From the human T2T-CHM13v2.0 reference genome, Homo sapiens, in assembly GCF_009914755.1 (NCBI RefSeq), contig NC_060931.1: a DNA stretch of 64,000 nucleotides; one strand, given 5' to 3'. Positions 1 through 64,000 of the stretch are shown piece after piece. A program made the position numbers and the translations under genes. Position 1 is the first letter of the stretch; every line of letters starts with the position of its first letter. Below the pieces are notes generated by a model. That model was not told where the DNA came from. It searched no databases and saw only the letters and a list, made by a program, of their open reading frames with translations.

Positions 1-289
1 GCACACACCAAGGGATGAATGAATGCATACACCAAGGAATGAATGAGTGTTCACACCAAGGAATGAGTGAGTGAATGAATGCACACGAAAGAAAGAATGA
101 ATGTGCACACCAAGTAATTAGTGAATGAATGAATGCACACAAAGGAATGAATGAGTGAATGTACACACCAAGGAATTAGTCAATGAATGCACACACACAG
201 GAATGAGTGAATGAATACACACAAAGGAATGAATGTACACATCAAGGAATTAGTGAATGAATGCACACACAGAGGAATGAGTGAATGAA
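1..289. repeat. Degenerate minisatellite of (GAAT)n blocks alternating with CACAC(C)AAG; runs off the window start
   Basis: About 10 imperfect 24-32 nt units such as gcacacaccaaggaatgaatgaat. Confidence 0.85.
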
Positions 290-571
290 CCTGCCACTTG
301 TGGAGAGTGAAAAAAGCCTGAGAGATCCCCAGATGAGGGAGCCCCCATGTGTGCCCCTGCCGTTGAGAGGCCTGGACATGCTGGTGCATGGTGTAAGGGC
401 TTGGGCTTGGGCTGAGCTGGCTCACAGGCGACCCATCAAGTGTCACAAATGACCTTGAACCGCTGCCACAAATGACCTTGAGCAGCACGCTTCCCCTCCC
501 GAGCCTTAGCCTCCCCAGATGTAACATGGATTAGAAGAACCACCTCATGGTGCTTTTCTGAAAATTTGGTA

Positions 572-722
572 GGCCTAACGTGGTGGCTCTCGCCTGTAAT
601 CCTAGCACTTTGGGAGGGAGGCCAAGGTGGGTGGATCGCTTGGGCTCGGGAGTTTGAGACCAGCCTGGGAAACATAGTGAGACCCTATCTGTTTTGTTAA
701 AAAAAAAAAAAAAGAAAAAAAA
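572..722 (+). mobile_element. Alu left monomer (FLAM/AluJ-like)
   Basis: cctgtaatcctagcactttgggagg...gagaccagcctggg followed by an A tail. Confidence 0.85.
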
Positions 723-992
723 TTTGGTGGGGTGATGGGTGTGCCAGTTGGAGAGCTGTGACATTTGTTTTTTTGGTTCAACCCCAAGCCAGTGCAGACA
801 AGTGACCCTCCCCAGCCAGCGGGCCAGGCCTCTCAGTGTCACCCTGGCTGAGGTTGTTCGTGTATGTGTGTGTGTGTGTGTCCCTTTCTTTACTGTCCTC
901 ATTCTTTGCATCACGTGTGTGGTCTTTTCTGTCTCATACACGCACACCCGTCGCATTTGCATGCTCTGACACACAGACACACATTGATGCTT

Positions 993-1224
993 CCTTTTTT
1001 AAATTTTTTATTTTTGGAGGCAGGGTCTTGCTCTGTCGCCCAGGCTGGAGTGCAACGGCATGATCACAGTTCTCTGTAGCCTCGAACTCCTGGGCTCAAG
1101 TGATCCTCCTGCCTCAGCCTCCTGAGTAGCTGGGACCACAGGTGTGGACCACCACACCTGGCTAATTTTTTTTATTTTTGTAGAGGTGGGGTCTTGCTAT
1201 GTTGCCCAGGCTGGTACACTCCTG
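993..1224 (-). mobile_element. Partial AluJ-like element
   Basis: Antisense Alu consensus (cccaggctggagtgc...cctcagcctcctgagtagctggg). Confidence 0.85.
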
Positions 1225-1908
1225 CTTCTTTATGTATGTATGTATTTATTCTCTTTTTAGAAAATTATTTCATTGAATCGTCCTTTAAGCACACACTTTT
1301 CTGAAGCTCTGGGGACACTTGGGGAGAAGAGGAGGGGAGGGTTCTAGCTGTCCTGTAGGGCCACATTGGTCCTGGGTGCAGGACAAGCCCAGGCAGGAGA
1401 AACGGACCCTGCTGAGGGGTCTCCTCTTTGCCTCTTCCCTGGGTCCCAGCTGGGTGGTCTCGCCTGTTCACTGCCGGGCAGGGTTGGGCAGTGCAGAGCC
1501 GAGCCCACCGCTGTGTCATCATTCCACGGGGGAAGGGGCTTGAAGGCTGCGTTGTGGGGTGATGGGAACCCGGATTTAGTTGGTATGACCCGAGCTCAGG
1601 TTTCAGCTTTGCGACATCCTTGTGGTGGGGTCTTCAGGTGGGAATTCCTCCTCTGTAAAATGAGAGCTTGTGAGAATTAAACTGGTCCCGGCATTTGGGA
1701 AACAGCCCTGTGACTCCTTCCGTCTCTTCCCTCCGGAGGGGGCGGTCCTTGAGCTCTACTGAGCCCATGCCAGCGAGAGTCGTCATGGCCGAGCCCCTGG
1801 GCCAGATTCCAAGTTCCATGCCACCTTGGCACTTACTTTTTTGGCTCCAGTCCTCTTTGGCTGTCCCCTCTGTGAAGGGCATCTAAGGTGGTGGATGGGG
1901 GAGGGGAG

Positions 1909-2601
<693 letters not shown>

Positions 2602-3143
2602 TAGGCTGCACTTCACTGGGGTAAATCGGTCAGAACCAGCTAGTGGGAACAACCTGTAACACCTGTTTCCAGACATCCAGGCTTTGGGCTGCAGAATAGG
2701 CTCGCACCTGTTAGCTCACTCTCTGCTAGCCTCCTAACTGGCCCTGAGCGCCAGGTGCAGGGTGTTTGGGATTGGAAATCACAGCTGGATTTCTGTTAGT
2801 TCACTGTCACCCTGGCCCCAGGGCTGGCTAGAAAGTGGGCGCTCTGGGCCGGACTTCTATGGGGGTCCCCCAGCCTGGAGGCAGCCCTGCCTTGAGTCAG
2901 GGCAGCACTGATTCAGACGTGGCCACGAGTGCTTGGCTAATTTTTGGCTCAGGGTCCGGGCAGGCCTCCAGCTCTTGGCGGCCGGCAAATCTGCTGCTGT
3001 CTGGGCAAGGAGTCCCTGGCAAGACGGGGCAGGTGGCAGGCAGGCAGGGAAGCTGAGCTTCTTGGAGTCTGGAATAGGGAACATCCCTAGAAGATGACCC
3101 AGGCCCTGCACCTGGCTGGGTGTAAGAGTCCCCTGTGAACTTA

Positions 3144-3488
<345 letters not shown>

Positions 3489-3749
3489 TCACCTCTGATG
3501 AGGTAGGGCACAGGAGCCCGGGCACTGAACAGCAGGTGTTGGCAGCAGCTGAGCTACCAGCCGTCCTTGCTTCACAGGTGGGCGGAGCAAAATCGGGAGC
3601 TGGGTGATGGGACAGATGTGACAGTCGCTCTTCTACTATTCTCGGACTGTAACCTGGGATCTTCCCAGTGGACTTCCCTCCACCCATCCCAGCTCTGCCT
3701 TTTGGGGGCTTCATGTCTTTCTCATTATTATTATTACTTTAATATTTCA

Positions 3750-4490
<741 letters not shown>

Positions 4491-4926
4491 ACAGATGCGT
4501 CTCTCACCTTATTAAGGGAAGTTGACTTTTTGAACCCAAAGGATGGACATTTGGGATATTTCTCTTCCTTGCGAGTGTCTGCGTTTTGGGCTGCTGAGAG
4601 AGGCGTCTGGGCTCCTGTTCCCATTGCTCCCTGCGTTGCAGTGTGACCAACCATCCTAGGTGGCCTAGGACTGAGGGGTTTCCCAGGAGACGGAACTTTC
4701 TGTGTAAACCCAGGAATGTCGAGTTGGGCCCAGTTGGCTGTGTGTCAGCTCTGCGTGTGAGCAGCTGGTCTGTTCCCTGCATCCCTGTGAATGTGAGAAG
4801 CGTGGTCTTCCTACCGCATGGTGACAGCAAGGACACCAGCAAGGCTGGAGACAGACAGCCTTCTTCCCCGCTGTGCACTGGCTGAGGCCTGGAGCTAGTG
4901 CCTTTCTTGTCTCTAAGATAGAGTGA

Positions 4927-5479
<553 letters not shown>

Positions 5480-7468
5480 TAGAACCATTCCCACTTTACA
5501 AATGAAAAATCTCGGGCTTTCAGGACTCACCCGAGGTGCTCCTAGCAGACGTGGGCCTGGGTCTCATCTTCCCCCGCTTCTCCTGCTGCATTCTTGCTCC
5601 AGGCACGTGGAACCTGCCTCTCCCTCCATCTGAGGCCCTTTGCAGGGAGTGGCTGTCTCTCTCCATGCTCCCCAAGTGCACCCACCTGGGCTGTGGCTCG
5701 GGACAGGGGGTCCTACAAGCCCGGATGACCGAGACAAGGAGCTGGGGATGGCCCACAGCCCAGCCCCTCTTCCCTCTCTGTGTCCCTCCCTCCTGGAGTC
5801 CCTGGTTCCTTCCTAAACGGATTAGAGCCTTTACCGGAAGGAGCCGGCCGCTGTCTGGGGCAGCCGGGGGGCCAGGGCTAGATGGCTGTCTGGTGCCTCC
5901 TGCTTTGCCCTGATTCGATTTGGGCCTCAGCAGCTGGGAGGCTGGCAGCCCTAAGGCCTTTCTGGGAATGGTTCAAGGGACGGGCTTGCAGGGGATGGCT
6001 TGGGGGAGGGGGACACCTTCCAGCCCCCAGGCAGGCAGACCTCTCAGCTGGATCTTTTATGAAGTCTGGTCGCATGCAAGACCCTCAAGCGGGCTTCCTG
6101 CCACGGAACATCCCCAGCCGTGGCCACTGGCCACCTCGTGGTTCATCAGCGGGTGTCATCCAAGGCCTGTGTCCCATCCATGGCCTGTCATCCCCTCCGC
6201 ATCCCTTAATACAGCAGATTTCAAACTTCTATAAAATTGCAACCCAGAAGAAGAAATGTCTTTTATAAACATTTAGCAGCAAACTCAACATACATTTTGG
6301 CCAAACGCCCACCGGCCAGTTGTTTAAATCAATATTTATCCACAGCCAAAAAGCAGAGGAGAGCCAGAACTGAGGCCAGAGCCGAGCTCTGATGCATCTC
6401 TCATTTCTCGGGATGTTTCTGTCCCTGTGGTTGGACACCTCTGGCCTTGTGAAGTGTGATGCACTGTCACATCTCCTGTTCTGTGTCATTGGCCAATGAT
6501 CATATATCATGACCTGCTGGAAGGCCTGTCTGTGGCTGGGACCACACGCCTTGGGCCTTATGCACACTGGGCACTGGTCGGGATCCTGGGGTGCAACAGT
6601 GGCAGGCAGACCTGGTTTCTGCCCTCAAAGAGCTTACAGATGGCAGGGGCACCCATGGCGGCAGAAGACACCCCAGGCCTGGTGCCCTTTGTGGTGCCAG
6701 CCCCATGGTCCTCCTGCCTGGGCCTTCCCTACCCCATTGGGTGCAGAAACTCCCTGTCTGCAGGTAGGAGACAGAGGGTAGGTTTTCAGGCTCCCTTGGG
6801 AACTGCAGCCCTGCTCTCTGCCATCAACACCCAGCAGGGGCCACACAGAGAGCACCGGGACTGAGCCCATAGAGGGGAACCGAGAGGCCCCTGCCTCTAG
6901 TCTCTGCCTTCTTTGCTTGGATTGGTGCAGGGACAGCTGCCTTGAGGGCAGGCCCTGGCACTGGGGCAGCCTGTGGGTGCCCCCTGGGTCAAGAAGGAGA
7001 GGGGCAGGGTAGAACCAGGAGCCAAAGGAGGCTGATCTTTGCATCTCATGGGTGCCCAGCTGGACACTGTCATACCCAGGAAGCCTGTGCCATGCCATGG
7101 GGACCCACAACTGGGGGCCCTGGACTTGAGGGGGAGGATGCAGCTCTGTCCCCCAGGAACCCCATTGCAACAGGACACAGTCCTGCCCTGGGGAGCCCCT
7201 GACCTGAGACAAAGCAGCCTCGGCCCTGCTGTATCTTTCCATACCCCTGATGCCAAGTCTCCTGGCTAGGAGGGAAACTGAGGCTGGAAGGCCTCGGCGG
7301 GGGTGGCATTGGCCTCGGGAGCATGTGGCTTGATGCAGAAATGTGACGGCAGAGCTCAGAGGCATGCGGAAGGGAGGGGAGGACATCACCGGCTCCTGAC
7401 CCAGCTGGGCTTCAGGTTGGGGGTACAGGAGGTGGGCAAGCAGGTTGGACAATTAAAAGCTTCGATGA

Positions 7469-7778
7469 GGCTGGGTGAGTGGCTTATGCCTGTATTTCCA
7501 ACACTTTGGGAGGCTGAGGTGGGCAGATCACCTGAGGCCAGGAGTTCAAGACCAGCCTGGCCAACATGGTGAAACCCCATCTCTACTAAAAATACAAAAA
7601 TTAGCCAGACGTGTGGTGGCACCTGTAATCCCAGCTACCCGGGAGGCTGAGGCAGGAGAATCACTCGAACCCAGGAAGGGGAGGTTGCAGTGAGCCAAGA
7701 TTGCACCACTGCACTATAGCCTGGGCAACAGAGTGAGACTCTGTCTCGAAATAAAATTAAATTTAAAATTTAAAAAAG
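7469..7778 (+). mobile_element. AluS-like element
   Basis: Full Alu; TSD aaaagcttc. Confidence 0.9.
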
Positions 7779-8299
7779 CTTCAAGGACAACCAGCAGATG
7801 ATGGCAGGACCAGGAAGGGTGCTTCAGGCAGCGGGAACTGAACCTGCACAGACTAGGGAAGCATGAACATCGGTACATCTGGGAGTGGCACAGCTTAGAG
7901 GGCCTGGAGCATGGAGTGTGAGGGGGAACTGGAGTGAGGGACAGGAGACCAGGTAACTAGAATACCAGGCTGAGGAGTTGAGAGCTAATATGGGCAGTAG
8001 GGAGCCATGGAGGGTGTGTGAGCGAGGGAGGGCTGTGGCCAGAATTGCACACGCCGGGAGAGGTGGCAGTTGGGGCCTGTCCAACAGACTGGTCCTGGTG
8101 CTGGGCTCAGCTTGGGTGTGCAGACTTAGGAGGGTGTGCCACAAGGTGTGAGTTATCCTGCCACCTGTGCCCAGGCCTGTGCAGGCTCTAATCCCATCAC
8201 ACATAAAGCCCTTGGGCCCAGGGAAGGTCAGCCCTGGATACAGAGGCGGTCTTGGGAGTCCGGGGGTCAGGTGGATTGGGGTGGGCAGCCACCATATGA

Positions 8300-59950
<51,651 letters not shown>

Positions 59951-60020
59951 GTAAGAGGCACTGGCTGTGGAGGGGGCACTGGGAATAGGGCCCGATCGTG
60001 GTGCTGGGGACTGGAGCTAA

Positions 60021-60375
<355 letters not shown>

Positions 60376-60726
60376 TAGGCCTCTGCCCTTCTGTTTAGCC
60401 ACCTTACCTGGGCTCCTGCCCCAGGTAGATGGAGGAAGACTAAGCTTGAATGTGGCCCCAGATCCTGGGACAGAGAAAGGGGTGGTGGCGTCAGTGACTT
60501 CTAAGTTTTACCCAGTCTGGGTTCAGGAGGGAGGGGCCAGGCCGAGTCAGTGCACCTGCTCCTCCTGATAAAGGGGCTCTGGTTGACCTCAGTGAATAGG
60601 CGAGGTTGGAGGTGAGTGGGTTCCTAACCGCAGAAGGAGGGGTGTCTGCATGGGGACCACAAGCATGTTGGTAAGATGTGGGTGGCGCCTACCCTGCCTT
60701 AAACAGTGCAGTGCCTCTCCTGACCC

Positions 60727-61156
<430 letters not shown>

Positions 61157-61235
61157 TGAGCCACCACACCCGACCTCCTGACCCTTTTTAAGGCACCCAT
61201 CCACTTCTGTCTCCACCATGGACTGTGTCCTGGCC

Positions 61236-61315
61236 TCCCAAACCCAGATTTGCAGGGGCTGTCCCTGCAGGGTGATCCCAAACCCAGATTTGCAGGGGCT
61301 GTCCCTGCGGGGCGA
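61236..61315. repeat. 40-bp tandem duplication (38/40 identical)
   Basis: tcccaaacccagatttgcaggggctgtccctgc(a/g)ggg(t/c)ga twice. Confidence 0.95.
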
Positions 61316-61336
61316 CATGCCACTTGGCAAGCACTA

Positions 61337-61662
<326 letters not shown>

Positions 61663-62846
61663 ACTTAGGGTACAGTGATGTGGCGGCTGCTGACAGGCCA
61701 CGGGAACCCCCAGAAGGGGGATCAGGAGGGTGAGGGGTAGTTGGAGAGGGTTTCCTGGAGTAAGGATGGCCCTGCTTGGGCCTCAGGGGAAGATGGGACT
61801 TTGAGAGGCAGAGAGGAGGGTGGGTTTGGCGGGGTGAACGGCAGGGGTTGGGGGGTCACTGGATGCCAGAAGTGTGTTTCCGGAGCTCTCGGAGGGGCAG
61901 AGTGGTCAGATGATGTTGGAAAGGTGGAGAGAGTGGAAGCTGCAGCAGCACAGTGCAGTGAGTGTGGCTCCAGTGGACACCCGGCTGAGAGGTCACTGGG
62001 TTTCTGGCCCTGCACTGGTGCTTTATGCGGGTGCCTTTCACACATATTTTGGGAGGTCCTGCTGGGACAAGGTGGTATTCTAGAGGAACTAGGGTTACAG
62101 CAGAGTGCAGACAGAGGAGGCATCTCATTTAGTCTTCATAGCTAGGAGGTTGACGCTAGAGCCCACCTTACAGAGGGGGAGACTGAGGCTCGGTGTGAGT
62201 GATGTGTTAATACTCTGTGTCCCAGGGCTAGCAGGTGGTCGTGGCCTCAGCCCTCAGGGATGGACCTGCCAGCCCCTTTCCAGGCGTTGGCACCCAAGCC
62301 AGGTATCCACCAGGTATCCACACTTACTCATGCCACTAGTCATGCTGGGCTGGGAACACGTCCAGGCTCCTGGGAGTCTCTGAGGGTTCACCAGAGGTCA
62401 CTGAGTGCTACTTCTGCACCAGAATGGGCTTTTCTCAAACTCTCCCTCACACGGTTCCCGAAGCCTGGCCTGGGCCAGCACCGGCAGTTCCAGGGTGAAT
62501 CGGAGTGGAAGCTGGGGTCTGCTGGGGGAGGCAGGGGAAATAGCAGACCCCTTCATCTGGAGGCAGGTGTCCCAGGGCAGGTGGAGGGGTGGCAGATAGT
62601 TGCAGAGAGGCGGGTGGCTGGGGACAGTGCCCAGGAGTCAGCCTTCAGGGTCTTAGGCAGCATGTGGGCCATGGGAAAGTGCCGCCTCATTCAAGTCCCT
62701 GTACCCGCCTGACTAGCCATGGGAATCTGAGCCTTCACTTCCTTACCGCCAAGATGGACAAGCACACCTGCCTCACCATGTGATCTGAATATGGGAAAAG
62801 ATGGGCAGTGCTAGGTTAGCTGGGAGGACTATTTTCCGCCAATTGC

Positions 62847-63181
<335 letters not shown>

Positions 63182-63593
63182 TTTCTTTTTGTCCTCGTTT
63201 GCAAATACAGAATGGACCTTAGTCTGCAAACTCAGAAGTGCGAGACATGTATTTTTATTTTTCTAAAATTGAACTGGACTCCTACCAAAAGCCCCCAATG
63301 CAGAGTGGCAGAAACTTTATCTGAGTCCATTTTGGATCATCATTTCCCTTGAGCTTGCACTAGGGCCTGGAACCTTCTGTGAGGCCCACTCAGTAGACAC
63401 TTCCACACCGCAGAGAGACTGAGCATGAGAAGGTCCGTGCTTGAAAAAGGCCTAACGGTGGGATCTCGGTGCAAAGATGGGAGAGTGGAAACCGAGTGGT
63501 GAAGAGATGACTGTGGCACCCAGCAGGGAATTCCCAGGAGGGTGAGGCTTCGGGAACTTTCCAGGGGGACAAACCCTGTTAAGAATGGCTCTA

Positions 63594-64000
<407 letters not shown>

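Noticed and set aside
1-289. CRISPR-like or HSATII/III-like array
   Set aside because: Eukaryotic intron; units are degenerate with no unique spacers, and the period is not the GGAAT pentamer.
6634-7452. Longest ORF (272 aa, minus strand)
   Set aside because: Non-ATG start in the track, no recognisable domain, GC-rich intron; compatible with chance.

Overview
Primate (very likely human) genomic DNA covering the interior of GTF2IRD1 (MusTRD1/BEN/WBSCR11; TFII-I family transcription factor, Williams-Beuren region 7q11.23) on the + strand. I traced 21 consecutive coding exons by hand, all GT-AG. They are numbered 2-22, assuming one upstream non-coding exon outside the window. Spliced together they give a continuous stop-free frame of 2365 nt (788 codons + 1 nt) from the ATG at 8357 to 59950. 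This covers the N-terminal leucine zipper and GTF2I-like repeats 1-4. The promoter, repeat 5 and the C-terminus lie outside the window. Introns are extremely Alu-dense, with older L1, L2, MIR, MLT1, MER3 and MER5A relics and microsatellites. Nearly all ORFs in the supplied track are Alu or microsatellite noise. I found no second gene and no demonstrably new biological system. The best oddities concern splicing and genome evolution: (1) an Alu target-site duplication that copied the exon 9 splice donor; (2) a tandem-duplicated, in-frame exon 2 donor with competing hairpins inside the leucine-zipper code; (3) a CpG-rich double hairpin just after exon 8; (4) an inverted templated insertion inside an Alu; (5) twin Alus sharing private variants around exon 20; (6) a palindromic CTCF-type site; (7) a MEF2/E-box/MCAT cluster. 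Exon coordinates were counted by hand. Repeat boundaries are approximate, and repeat families were assigned from remembered consensus sequences.
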